Positions 29,053 through 40,956 of a DNA stretch of 64,000 nucleotides are shown here, piece after piece. The stretch is from IMG/VR virus record IMGVR_UViG_3300046171_000208, positions 37,694 through 101,693 of that record; one strand, written 5' to 3'. Each line of letters starts with the position of its first letter. Positions within the stretch are counted from its first letter, which is position 1. The stretch comes from a virus. The translations under genes and the position numbers were made by a program. The notes beneath the pieces were generated by a model. The model made no database searches. It worked only from the letters and a program-made list of their open reading frames with translations, and was not told the origin of the DNA.

Positions 29053-31679
29053 TAGAAAATAATTTACTTAAAACAAATTTCTTAGGTAAGGATGGATTCC
29101 GTTGGTGGATAGGTCAAGTTGCACCTGAAGCAGCACAAGGAAATCAAATTAACCAAACTGGTAGTACTTGGGGTTGTAGAGTAAAAGTTCGTATATATGG
29201 ATATCATCCAGCAGATATAACTGAATTAGCAGATGATGATTTACCTTGGGCACAAGTATTGTTATCATCACAAGGGGGTTCTGGAAAAGCAAATCGTTCA
29301 AGGTCAATTCGTATATCACCTGGTGATACTGTTATGGGATTTTTCCTTGATGGTGATGATGCACAACTTCCTGTAATTTTAGGAATTTTTGCGAATACTA
29401 ATAATTATTATGCTAGTGATGAAGATTATAAATCTCCATTTCAACCATTTACAGGATATACAAGTAAGATAAAACCTAATAATGATTTTATTGCTAAAAA
29501 TGAGGGTGGAGATGATTCTAAAAAAAGTCAAAAATCACCAAGATTTTTAACGAAGGAAATTGTAGAAGATTTAAATGACCAATTAGACAAAGGTAAAGCA
29601 CAAATAGAAGAACTTGTAGATTCTGGAGAACTTCAAAACGCAGCATCTGAAGCATCTGCAGAATTAAAACAGGTTCTTGATTCAGGTGCAATTCAAACAG
29701 GATTAAAAAATACAGCAGCAAATGCTAAACCAATAGTTGAAAATTTAAAAAAACAATTTAGTAATATTGATACTCAAGCATTTAAAGCAATGGGTCAAGA
29801 GATAATATTAGGAAGTGGAGTACAAGCTGCTGTTAACAATACAAAGTCTACTAATAAAATAAAAAATACACTCAAAAATACTTTAAGTGAAGTTCAAAAT
29901 TCTATTCCTAAAGATAAGTTTAAAGGACTAGCAGAGGGAGCAGCAGAGATTGTTTCAGCATCAAAACCAATGATTAAAGATATGGTGAATACAACCTTTG
30001 ATGATTTAGCACCACAATTGAATGGTGGGTTACATAAACTTTATAAGAGTAAATTTAATGAGATTATGGGTAAAACAGGTAATTTGGCACTTGCAAAGAA
30101 AGCAGCACAAGCAGCACAAGTAGCAATGGTCGGTCCCGTTGGAGCTCTTCAAAATTTAATGCCTTGTGCTGTAAAAAATATAACAGATAAATTAACTGGT
30201 GATGTAGCAAATTTACTTGCAGAGTTTGTTAACAACGTAGATAATTTTACAGACTGTATCGGTGATCAATTTGTAGGTGCAATATTCAATGACATTATTA
30301 AAGGAATAAACACAGAATTGGGAGATGCAATTAAAGGAGTTGCTGACATATTTCCAAGCGGAGATATAGAAGGATTATTAAGAGGAAAAGCAGAGGGGTT
30401 ACTTGGAATAGCAAGTGTCTTTGATGATTGTGATATTCCAACTGCTGATTTAGGAGGAAAAACTAATAAATGGATACTTGGTGGTGGACCTGGTAATTTA
30501 GATTTAGGAAATATTGCTGGAAAAGTTTTAGCAATTGCAAATGCTGCACAAGAATTAAAAGAAGCAATCGGAAGTCCTGGTGGAGTTTTAGGTAATCTTG
30601 GTATTTTTGATTTTATGAGACCTGATGTAAGCACACCTGGTTTTAGTAGCACATTGAGTGATTGCTATACAGGACCTCCACTTAATTGTTCAGGTATTAA
30701 AGTTAATCTATTTGGTGGAGGTGGTTCAGGAGCACAGGTAAATCCAATTTTAGGTGCAATAGTAAGTGACACATTCGCAGTTCAGACTGCAAGTTTAATT
30801 GGAATGAAAGTTATAAATCCTGGTTCAGGTTACAAATCACCACCATTTGTCGAGATAGAAGATACTTGTCGTAAAGGTTATGGTGCAGTTGCTAGATCGG
30901 TAATAGATTATGATCCATCATCTCCTACTTACGAACAAGTAACTGATGTGTATATTGTTAGTGCTGGTGAAAATTATCCAGTAATTGAACCAGAAGAAGG
31001 AGATGAAGGAGTGTATACAGTCGATCACGTTGTTGTAGTTAAACCAGGTCAAAATTATAAACAAGAAGATACTGTCATAGACGATAAGGGAAACGTATAT
31101 GAAAAATTCCTAGATGAACAAGGTAGAATATTAAATGTTATCCCACCTGACTCATCTACAAATAACTTAGAACCATTTACGACTTTACCAGATTTAGAAG
31201 TTATTTCGTCAACTGGAATAGGAGCATTATTAAAAGCTCAATTATTACCAAGACCAACTTATCAAGGTGAAGTAAGACAAGTAATTGATTGTGTTTCTCC
31301 TCGTAATACTAATATTGTTGGATTTATAAATGGTGAACCATATTATGGACCTTTCCATGTTCATCCAACTACTGGTGCTAAAATGGTTGGTATTGCACAT
31401 ACCACCGCACCTCATGCTATAATATATGATACACCTCAAGAAAGTAGAACATCTAGATCGATAGTAACAACATCTACTTCTTATACAACAGTTTCATCAT
31501 CGGTACAAACAAATGTTTCCAGCACCACAACACAATCTGATACAAGTAGTATCCCTCAAACTGACCCAGTTGACACATCAAGCCAACAAACGTCTGGACA
31601 GAGTTACACTCCTCCTCCTAGTAGTCCTCCTAGTGGTGGCGGGTCTTCGGGATCAGGTGGGGGATACTCAGGTTACTAA
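29049..31679 (+). CDS. gp5: baseplate hub subunit gp5 (N-terminal OB fold; no recognisable lysozyme domain)
   Basis: GFRWWIGQV, RVKVRIYGYH, LPWA, VMGFFLDG...PVILG. Confidence 0.85.
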   Translation: MIENNLLKTNFLGKDGFRWWIGQVAPEAAQGNQINQTGSTWGCRVKVRIYGYHPADITELADDDLPWAQVLLSSQGGSGKANRSRSIRISPGDTVMGFFLDGDDAQLPVILGIFANTNNYYASDEDYKSPFQPFTGYTSKIKPNNDFIAKNEGGDDSKKSQKSPRFLTKEIVEDLNDQLDKGKAQIEELVDSGELQNAASEASAELKQVLDSGAIQTGLKNTAANAKPIVENLKKQFSNIDTQAFKAMGQEIILGSGVQAAVNNTKSTNKIKNTLKNTLSEVQNSIPKDKFKGLAEGAAEIVSASKPMIKDMVNTTFDDLAPQLNGGLHKLYKSKFNEIMGKTGNLALAKKAAQAAQVAMVGPVGALQNLMPCAVKNITDKLTGDVANLLAEFVNNVDNFTDCIGDQFVGAIFNDIIKGINTELGDAIKGVADIFPSGDIEGLLRGKAEGLLGIASVFDDCDIPTADLGGKTNKWILGGGPGNLDLGNIAGKVLAIANAAQELKEAIGSPGGVLGNLGIFDFMRPDVSTPGFSSTLSDCYTGPPLNCSGIKVNLFGGGGSGAQVNPILGAIVSDTFAVQTASLIGMKVINPGSGYKSPPFVEIEDTCRKGYGAVARSVIDYDPSSPTYEQVTDVYIVSAGENYPVIEPEEGDEGVYTVDHVVVVKPGQNYKQEDTVIDDKGNVYEKFLDEQGRILNVIPPDSSTNNLEPFTTLPDLEVISSTGIGALLKAQLLPRPTYQGEVRQVIDCVSPRNTNIVGFINGEPYYGPFHVHPTTGAKMVGIAHTTAPHAIIYDTPQESRTSRSIVTTSTSYTTVSSSVQTNVSSTTTQSDTSSIPQTDPVDTSSQQTSGQSYTPPPSSPPSGGGSSGSGGGYSGY

Positions 31680-31690
31680 TAAATAAAATT

Positions 31691-32299
31691 ATGACAACAC
31701 CAGCAGAAAATCAAAATTGGCAGAAGAGACAGTATGACTCTTTTGGTCCACATTTCAGAATCGAAACAGCAAACCCAGAACTAGGACTTGTGGGAAATGT
31801 TGCATATAATTTATATGGATACTCAGATTCAAAAGATGTAAGTAATCTAGGTATGATGGGCGATGGTCAATTTCAAATTATGGCAGATCAATGTATAACT
31901 ATCGCAGGTGGTGCAAGTGTTGAAGGTGGAGGATTGTGTATTAATATTGTTGGAACAAAAGGTGATGTTGCAATATCAGCAGAGAAAAATGGTGATGTAA
32001 GAATTAAAGGGAGAAATATTTTTCTAGATGCATCAGAAAATATAGAGTTAACCACAGGTGGAAAAATTGAATTAGATTCAGCAGAATTGTTAGCAACAAC
32101 ACAAAATACAACAAGAATTCATGCCAGAAAAACTAAGGTAAGTGGTAGGAATATTGATATTGGTGGTTCAACAGATATAACTTTAATTACACCTAAAGGA
32201 TCAATCAAAGTTAAAAGAATTGTAGCAAGAGAAGTAGATTGGTCAGGAGCAGTCTTTGCTAATACATCTGTTCCAGCTAATGCATTAAAGAGTATATAA
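31691..32299 (+). CDS. gp5 C-terminal beta-helix spike-like protein
   Basis: Short beta-strand periodicity (GDVAISAEKNGDVRIKGRNIFLDASENIEL); follows gp5. Confidence 0.6.
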   Translation: MTTPAENQNWQKRQYDSFGPHFRIETANPELGLVGNVAYNLYGYSDSKDVSNLGMMGDGQFQIMADQCITIAGGASVEGGGLCINIVGTKGDVAISAEKNGDVRIKGRNIFLDASENIELTTGGKIELDSAELLATTQNTTRIHARKTKVSGRNIDIGGSTDITLITPKGSIKVKRIVAREVDWSGAVFANTSVPANALKSI

Positions 32300-32511
32300 T
32301 GGCTGACTTTAAATCGGGTGGAGTTCCAAATCCAGACTATGATTCTGAAGATATAAATTTTGTAAATCAAAAAACAGAATTTACAGAGGATGTTTTTTGT
32401 TATGGTGATGCCTATGCTCAATCATTTAATAATGTAGAGATAAGTGTGGTTGGTTCAACACTCACATTTACTGTCGCTGGTATTGGGAGTACAAGTTTGA
32501 CACTATCATAG
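32299..32511 (+). CDS. hypothetical structural protein
   Basis: Coupled ORF ending in LTFTVAGIGSTSLTL. Confidence 0.6.
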   Translation: MADFKSGGVPNPDYDSEDINFVNQKTEFTEDVFCYGDAYAQSFNNVEISVVGSTLTFTVAGIGSTSLTLS

Positions 32512-32546
32512 TTGACTGATTTTATACATATGCTATAATAAGAATA

Positions 32547-32756
32547 ATGTATTATCAAGGTATGGATGATTTCGTATTCGAGGTTGTAGTAGACATCTGT
32601 TCTAGAACCTTTAAATTAAAAAGCGACAACGGAGATAATAAGATAATAGCTTGTGAAGATAGTGACGAGTTTATGAGAGTTTTAGAAGTTTGTGACAAAA
32701 TGCTTGAACCAGGAATGATTGTTTATGCAGATTTGGCAATAACCTCAGATAAATAA
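32547..32756 (+). CDS. conserved cyanophage hypothetical protein
   Basis: VVVDICSRTFKL.SD.G...C...EFMRVL; TTGACT-N16-TATAAT upstream. Confidence 0.7.
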   Translation: MYYQGMDDFVFEVVVDICSRTFKLKSDNGDNKIIACEDSDEFMRVLEVCDKMLEPGMIVYADLAITSDK

Positions 32757-33053
32757 ATGAAATACAAGATAACCACTCATTTCTGTTGGTTTCGTAATCG
32801 AAGTATAATTGTCAAAATGTATTTCATCAACGGAATGCCTTTCACCTTTGACGAATTACCTGATAGTCATTTAGAAGATCAAGAGTTAATCGAAGAAGCA
32901 GATAAACATCCCACATTTAATGATGATGAGATGTACCAATATTATGGATACCTTGTAGAAGAAGAATTACACCCGTGTTTGTTCCCAATTGATTTAGAGA
33001 ACCCAGAAGAATTGCCAGATGATATCTCAATTCATATAGACACGGAGGAGTAA
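32757..33053 (+). CDS. conserved cyanophage hypothetical protein
   Basis: IVKMYFINGMPFTFDEL...YLVEEELHP. Confidence 0.7.
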   Translation: MKYKITTHFCWFRNRSIIVKMYFINGMPFTFDELPDSHLEDQELIEEADKHPTFNDDEMYQYYGYLVEEELHPCLFPIDLENPEELPDDISIHIDTEE

Positions 33054-33114
33054 CCAGCTAAATAAACCTAGTATGCACGGTCTATTAGATCACATTTTAT
33101 AGTAGTTAAAAAAG

Positions 33115-36100
33115 ATGCCTCTTAATAAGTTAGAGAATTTTATAAAGAATACAGAGGGTCGTGTTCTTTATGTAAATCCAAATGATCTTGATTCCACTGA
33201 TGGTATTGAAAATCAAGGTAATTCATTAACCAAACCCTTCAAAACGATTCAGAGAGCACTGATAGAGGCTGCTAGATTCTCATATCTTCGTGGAAACGAT
33301 AACGATTTAGTAGAAAGAACAACAATATTAATATTTCCAGGCGACCATGTAATTGATAATAGACCAGGATTTGGAATCAGAAACGAGTCAGGTATAGCAA
33401 AAGCAATAAGTCCAAGTGGTTCAGCGACAGGTGCACAAAATACTTTAACACTTACATTAAACTCTAACTTTGATTTAACACAAGAAGATAATATTTTATA
33501 TAAGTTCAATAGTGTGAACGGTGGTATTGTTGTACCTAGAGGTACTTCAATTGTTGGACTCGATTTAAGAAAGACAAGAATTAGACCTTTATATGTTCCA
33601 AACCCAACAGATAGTAATGTAGCATCATCTGCTATATTCAGAATTACTGGTGCTTGTTATTTCTGGCAGTTTACATTCTTTGATGGAGATGAAGCAGGTT
33701 TAGTATATACAGACCCATCAGACTTTAGTGCAAACAACCAATCAAAACCAACATTCTCTCACCACAAGTTAACTGCATTTGAATATGCAGATGGTGTGAA
33801 TACTCTTGATAACTTTAGTGACTTAACTGATTTAGACATATACTATAGTAAGTTAACAAATGCATTTAACAGAGCATCAAATCGTGAGATAGACCAGAAA
33901 TATCCATCAGCACCTGCTGCTTTCTCACCTCAAAGACCAGAATTTGAAATTGTTGGTGCTTTTGCAACTGACCCACTTAATGTTTCAAATATTGAATCTG
34001 GTGATGGAGCAACACCAGGTCAGGTTGTTACAGTCACCACTGCAACTGACCATAATCTTACAGGTGGAACACCAATCAAGATTCGTGGTATTAACGTAGC
34101 AGACTATAATATATCAACAAAAGTATCAAATGTTATTGATGCAACTAGATTCCAATACTCACTACCATTTGTAAGACCAAACTTACCAGCAGGATCTGCT
34201 GGAGGTTTAAGTTCAGCGAACGGGCAAGTACAAGTTGAGACTGATACAGTATCGGGTGCATCTCCATATATCTTTAACTGTTCAATGCGTTCTGTATTTG
34301 GTATGCAGGGTTTACACGCAGATGGAAATAAGGCAACTGGTTTCAAATCAATGGTTACTGCACAGTTTACTGCAGTTTCACTTCAGAAAGATGACAGAGC
34401 ATTTGTCAAGTATGATAAGACTAACAGAAGATATAGTGGTATTGCTTTCTCAAAACAGACAGGAGCATTATTATCATCTGAATCATCATCAACTAACCCA
34501 GAGACAGTATTTCACTTAGATCAAGAAGCAAATTACAGAAAAGAATTTAGAACCACACATATTAAAGTATCTAACGATGCTGTTGTACAGATTGTATCAG
34601 TGTTTGCGATTGGATTCCACGCACACTTTGAGATGATAAACGGTGCTGACGCATCAATCACAAACTCAAACTCAAACTTTGGTACATTTGCACTTCTTGC
34701 TGAAGGATTTAAGAAAGAAGCATTTGCAAAAGACGATAAAGGATTTATCACATCCATTATTACTCCTCGTTCAGTTGTGTCTGCAGATCAGCAGATTGAA
34801 TTTCTTACAGATTGATGTTTCAGAAACAACAGCAACTAAATTATTCTTATTTGCACAACCAACTCTAACACTACCACCAGCACATATTGCTCAAGGTTTC
34901 AGAATTGGTGCAAGGTCTGACGATAAATTATACATTGATAATGGAGGAAGCACATTCTCTGCTACAGTTGTAATGCCAAATGGTGCATCAGGAACTACAA
35001 ATGTTGGTGAGAAGAATTACGAAGCAATACATTCAGATGCAAGTGCATCAACTAAGTCAGTATTTACAATTAACGCAGGTCACGAACTCGCAAACGGTGA
35101 ATCAATCAGAGTTATTGCTGATAATGGTGACTTACCAGAGAATTTAGATCCTCATACAGTATACTTTGCAATCACAAGCACTCAAGATTCTGCTCTTGGT
35201 GCAAATCAAATTCGTATTGCATCATCAAAAACAAACGCTGATTTAGCAGTTCCTGTTTTTGTTGCAACAGTTGCAAGTGTAACTGATAAGTTTAGAATTA
35301 TAAGTAGAGTATCAGATAAGAAACCAAATGATGCTGGACATCCGATTCAATATGATGCGAGTGCAGGTCAATGGTTTGTTCATACTTTAGCTTCAGGTAA
35401 TACTATTCATAATGGTTCATCAATATATGCAAACGCAACAGATGATGACATTACATATGTTCTTAGAAAGGATGATGACAGAAGTTTAGATGAGAAGATA
35501 TACAAATTAAGATATGTTGTTCCAAAAGAATTAACAAATGGTAGAGATCCAACAGATGGATTTGTTCTACAAGATTCAAGTTCAACTAATGTTCTAGCAA
35601 ATACTGACTTTAGTAAGACAACAATTACTGCAAACGATTATGCTTTTGATCGTAATACACGATTCATATCTCAAGCAAGTTTTGATAGCACAGAGAACTT
35701 AATTAAAATTCGTTCAGACAAACCACATAATTTAGGTGTTGGTGATCAAGTTGTTGTTAAAAATGTCCAGAGTACAACAAACTCAACTGCTCTTGAGAAT
35801 AAAGGATACAATGGAACATTCTTGGTTGCTGAAATTACAAATGATAAGGAGTTTAGATATTCTAATGTAGATACTTCAGGTGTAACTCATACAACTGGAA
35901 CATTTACTAACAATACTCAAACTCGTTCAACATTATTACCACGATTTGATCGTAATAATAATAGTGGTAACTTCTTTGTATACAGAACTGAAACTATTAC
36001 ACCTTATATTCAGGGAGTTCAAGATGGTGTGCATCATCTATTCGTATTGAATAGTAACAATGCGATGAATGAACCATCGAATGAATTTGTTGAGAACAAG

Positions 36101-38847
36101 TATAATCAGAATATTGTTAACTTATTCCCAGAATATGATCGTGATAATGTAGATGCTAACCCACCAGCAGCGGTATCTTATGCAAAAAGATTCCCAATTG
36201 GTGAAGTTATAACCAACGATTTAAAGAAAAGTATTACCAGAGAAACAACAAACCAGTTCTTAAAGAATTTTGATGGTTCAATTGGTATTACTTCAGTTGT
36301 TAATAATAGTACAAACTGCTGTTATCAATCTTGATGAAGAACATAGTTTTGATTCACTTAAGTATCACGCTACTTTAAATGGTGGTTCAGGTCATACTGA
36401 CGGAACATATTATAATGTAAGATTATTGAATACTAACGCAACTCCTGCGACTGCACCTTGGGATGGTGCGACTGCAAAGGTTGTTGTATCAAGTAATGCT
36501 GTAACTTCAGTCGAGATTACTGACGGTGGTTCTGCATATACAAATGGTGAAACATTATTCTTTGACGCACAAACTCCTGCTTTAGGTGGTATTGGTGGTT
36601 CACCAAATGCAAATCTTACAATTGCAACTGCTGGTATTTCATCAGCAACTGGTAATTATATTCAAGTCACTGGTATTACAACTGGAACTGATTCTTATCA
36701 TCGTATTTCAAGTATTAACAGCACAAAGCAAATTACTGTTGCTAAATCTGCTGCTGATACTTTACTTGATGGACAACAGATTCATGATATGGGTCCTTGG
36801 GTAGCAGTTGGATCTGCATCCACAACATCAGGAACTACTACATTTACTACTACTGTAGACCACGGACTTGCAGTTGGTAATAAATTTAGGATTCTTAATA
36901 GCAGTGATACAAACCTTGGAGATTTTGTTGTTACATCAGTTGTTGGTATTACACAATTTGCTGCTAAAACAACAACTTCACTTGCAGACGCAAAATACAT
37001 TCTGAAACACGGTTTATCAGATAATGAATCAATTTCAGGAGTTGCTGGAGAGAACATAGATGTAAGAGGATTTAATATATTCGACCACGAAACACTGATT
37101 CTAAATGAAGCAGTCGGAACTGGTGATTCTGCATTTAAAGTTAAACTTCCTGATGGAACAACAACTGCAACATCAATCGTCAATCGTTTCCCACTTGGTT
37201 CATACATTCAGATTGGTGGTGAGATTATGCGTATCGCATCAAGCTCACTTTCTGGTGGAGGTGGAGATGAGATAACTGTTATTCGTGGTTCACTTGGAAC
37301 AAATACAGCAACCCATCTTATTAATTCAAGAATCAAGAAAGTTAAACCACTACCGATTGAACTTCGTAGACCTTCAATATTAAGGTCATCAGGACATACA
37401 TTTGAATACGTTGGTTTTGGTCCAGGTAACTATTCAACTGCATTACCACAGTTACAGAATAGATCACTTACTGAAAGAGAGGAGTTCTTAAATCAAGCAC
37501 AAGAAACATCTTGCGGTAACGTAGTTTACACAGGTATGAATGATAAAGGTGACTTCTATATTGGAAACACCAAGATTGCATCTGCGAGTGGACAACAAAC
37601 TACATTTGATATTCCAGTTGCAACTGTTACTGGTGAAGATCCAAATCGTTTAAGTGCTGTATTTGATGAAGTAGTTGTTAAAGAGAGACTACTTGTTGAA
37701 GGTGGTGCATCGAAACAGATTCTATCACAGTTTGATGGTCCTGTCACATTCAACAGTGACTTAAGACTATCAGATAGTACAAAGCAACTTATTACTGAAG
37801 CAGAAATTCGTGCTCAAGATGCTAAATTTAGAGATACCACTAACTCAACTGCTGTAACTAATGGTTCAGTTGTTATTGATGGTGGTATGGGTATTGCTAA
37901 AGATATTGTTATCGGTGGTAATATAGTTGGTGATACTGCATCAACCCTATCTGGATTTAATAATGTTACCGCAACAAACTTCATTGGTGATGGTGCTCAA
38001 TTAACAAATACTGGTGCTCAATTATCAGCAACATCAGGAACACAAAGGGTTGTTCTCACAAGTCTAACCAGTGGAACTATGACATCTGCTTCAACAGATG
38101 GTGATTTAACATTTAATCCAACTGGTAATGTATTAAGTTGCGTTACCTTTAGTGGTGGATTAGCTGGTAATGCAGATACAGCAACATTAACATCCCACGT
38201 TGTTGGAACTGCTAATAGAGTTTTATTTAACAATAACACTAATACAACCACAACATCTGCTGCATTAACATTTGATGGAACTCAACTTAATGTAACCAAT
38301 AACATAAGGGCAAACAACCTTACACTTGGATTGACTGCTGGTACTACAATCAACACTACAACTGGTGATTTAGTTCTAGATTCATCAAACAACAAAGTTC
38401 ATATGACTGCTAACGCAGAAGTTGATGGAACATTAACTGTTGATAGTAGCACTAACGCATCAAGTAAAGATACAGGTGCATTGATTATTACTGCTGGTGG
38501 ACTTGGAGTTGAAGGTAACATTCACTCTGGTGGAGATATAGTTGCGTTCAGTTCATCTGATATGACACTTAAAGAAGACATATCACCTATTGAAGATGCA
38601 CTTGGATTGATAAACTCATTGAGTGGAAACACATTTGCTTGGAAACCAGAAGCAGGTATCTTTGGTAACTCTGGTATGGATACTGGTATTATTGCTCAAG
38701 AAGTTGAAGCACTTAATCTTACCTGGTCTTTCCAAGAGAAGAGGTGATGGTACACTCGGTGTTCGTTATGATAGATTAATTCCAGTTTTAATTGAAGCAG
38801 TCAAAGAACTTTCTGCTAAAGTTAACTCTCTTGAATCAAATAAATAA
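33115..38847 (+). CDS. giant (about 1900 aa) virion fibre protein with C-terminal peptidase S74 chaperone; shown as four ORFs because of three single-base insertions
   Basis: MPLNKLENF...KPFKTIQRALIE start; frames join at about 34801, 36313 and 38721; C-terminal SSDMTLKEDI...GIIAQEVE...VRYDRLIPVLIEAVKEL. Confidence 0.8.
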
Positions 38848-38862
38848 CTAAAAATATAACTG

Positions 38863-40956
38863 ATGGCAAATATCAAGAAGAATTTTAATTTTCGTAACGG
38901 TGTACAGGTAGATGATGACAACCTGTTGGTAACTGATACTGGTCTGGTGGGTATCGGGACCACCATACCAAATGAGTCTCTTGATGTCAGAGGTAATGTG
39001 ATTGTTACTGGATTTACCAGCACAACCACCGCACAAATTGGTATATTAACAGTAACAACATTTGTACCAAATCAGATTACTGGTGCAGGACTTAGTGTTT
39101 TTAGTGGAATAGTTACAGCACAAGGTGCAGGTATATTAACGTACTTTGGTGATGCTAGAAATCTACAGGGGATGCCAACTTCTCAATGGGAAGATAAGGA
39201 TGTAGGTTTAGGATTCACAAGTATATACAACACAGGAGGCAATGTGGGTGTGGGGACCGAAGATCCCCGTTCGACCTTCCAAGTTGGTAACAATGCTGAT
39301 GCTGGAGAGAAAGGTGTAGGTATCAGTTCAGTCGGAAATATCAATATGACTGGTATTGTTACAGCATCAAGTTTTGTTGGTAATGTAACAGGTGATGTTA
39401 CAGGAAGAATTACTGGTGATGTAGTAGGAAATATCAATTCAGCAGGTGTATCTACAGCAGTTACACTAGATGTAAATGGAGATTTAGATGTAGATGGACA
39501 TGCAAATATTGACAATTTAAGTGTTGCTGGTGTATCAACATTCACAGGACTTATTGATGGTAATGGTGGTGCAAATATTGATAATGTTCAGATTGGAGTT
39601 ACGGGTGATAATGAAATTGATACATCTACTGGTAATCTAACGATTGATTCTGCTGGTGGAACAGTTACAGTTGACGACCAGTTTGCAGTCACAGGTCTTT
39701 CTACATTCACAGGTGCGATTGATGCAAATGGTGGAGCAACTATTGACAATGTGCAAATCGGTGTCACAGGTAATAATGAAATTGATACTTCAACAGGAAA
39801 TCTAACAATTGACTCTGCTGGTGGTACAATCACAGTTGATGATAATTTAGGAGTTACAGGTACATCAACCTTTAGTGATGATGTTGGAGTTGTTGGATTG
39901 ACAACTACTAAAACTTTATTAGTTACAGGTATAACAACATTAACAGGAAATGTTAATGCATCATATGTTGGAGCATCATCAACATCGTTCGCTACAAAAC
40001 TTGGTGTAGGAACAACTGAAGCTCCAGTAAATGATATTCAGGTAAGAAAATCAGGTGATGCAGAAATTCAGGTGACAAGTGAAACTGGATCTGCTGGACT
40101 TACAGTTGGTAGAGAAACAGGTAATGTAGATACAAACAATGCAGAGTTTAGATATGGTGAAGTATCAGCTGGAGTTCCTTATAGTTCTGCACAGTCACTT
40201 GATATACTAAACTATGGTACAGGTAATTTTAATTATCATATAAGTGCAAATAATGCAGGTGCAGTTGATGGTGATTTCCATTGGCATAGAGGTAAGAACT
40301 CTATTCGATTGATGACACTCACTGGTATCGGTGGTTCACTTGGTATTGGTAATACTCAACCCACTAAAGCATTAGATGTAACTGGAGCTGGTAATTTTAG
40401 TGGTGATATATTTGTTGGCAATAATGTTAATGTAACTGGAACTGTTATTGGTAATGTTCAAGGTTCATTGACAGGAAACGTTGCTGGAACTCTTGCTGGT
40501 AATGCAAATGCAACTGTTGGTATATCAACATTAAATAACCTCACTATTGCAGGTGTTGCGACATTTATAAATGCGGTTGAAACAGCACTAATAGGAATTG
40601 GAACAACTGCTCAAAATCATCCAGTTCAAATTAATGATACAGCTGCAAATCGTATTATTGTAACAAATAATGGTCAAATTTCAATCAAGTCTACTGACAT
40701 ATTAGACGATACAGATATTAATGCTGTAAATGCTTCTGTTTGTTTTGGAGGAGTAGGTGTTGGTGCAACTATCTTGAAATCAGCGGTTGACTTTGCTGAT
40801 GCAGGAACAGCAACAACTAGATTTATGTTACCTCCAAAAATTACTACAACTCAAAGAGGTAATCTATCTGGTGTTGTTGCAGGTGCAGTAATATACAACA
40901 CATCTACTAATAAATTACAGGTCTTTAATGGGTCTGCTTGGCAAGATTGTAACTAA
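38863..40956 (+). CDS. tail fibre protein
   Basis: MANIKKNFNFRNGVQV, VGIGTT, DLDVDGHANIDN module, C-terminal GAVIYNTSTNKLQVFNGSAW. Confidence 0.8.
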   Translation: MANIKKNFNFRNGVQVDDDNLLVTDTGLVGIGTTIPNESLDVRGNVIVTGFTSTTTAQIGILTVTTFVPNQITGAGLSVFSGIVTAQGAGILTYFGDARNLQGMPTSQWEDKDVGLGFTSIYNTGGNVGVGTEDPRSTFQVGNNADAGEKGVGISSVGNINMTGIVTASSFVGNVTGDVTGRITGDVVGNINSAGVSTAVTLDVNGDLDVDGHANIDNLSVAGVSTFTGLIDGNGGANIDNVQIGVTGDNEIDTSTGNLTIDSAGGTVTVDDQFAVTGLSTFTGAIDANGGATIDNVQIGVTGNNEIDTSTGNLTIDSAGGTITVDDNLGVTGTSTFSDDVGVVGLTTTKTLLVTGITTLTGNVNASYVGASSTSFATKLGVGTTEAPVNDIQVRKSGDAEIQVTSETGSAGLTVGRETGNVDTNNAEFRYGEVSAGVPYSSAQSLDILNYGTGNFNYHISANNAGAVDGDFHWHRGKNSIRLMTLTGIGGSLGIGNTQPTKALDVTGAGNFSGDIFVGNNVNVTGTVIGNVQGSLTGNVAGTLAGNANATVGISTLNNLTIAGVATFINAVETALIGIGTTAQNHPVQINDTAANRIIVTNNGQISIKSTDILDDTDINAVNASVCFGGVGVGATILKSAVDFADAGTATTRFMLPPKITTTQRGNLSGVVAGAVIYNTSTNKLQVFNGSAWQDCN
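39538..39867 (+). repeat. tandem 165-bp (55-aa) duplication inside the fibre gene
   Basis: TFTG.ID.NGGA.IDNVQIGVTG.NEIDTSTGNLTIDSAGGT.TVDD twice (39538 and 39703). Confidence 0.85.

Noticed and set aside
34790-38730. Three frame breaks in the giant fibre gene as programmed frameshifts or a pseudogene
   Set aside because: Each is repaired by removing one base (about 34801, 36313, 38721) and none has a convincing slippery site. Similar single-base indels occur in unrelated genes (about 51615, 52768, 53782, 55937, 57980), pointing to sequencing or assembly error. Raw reads would settle it.
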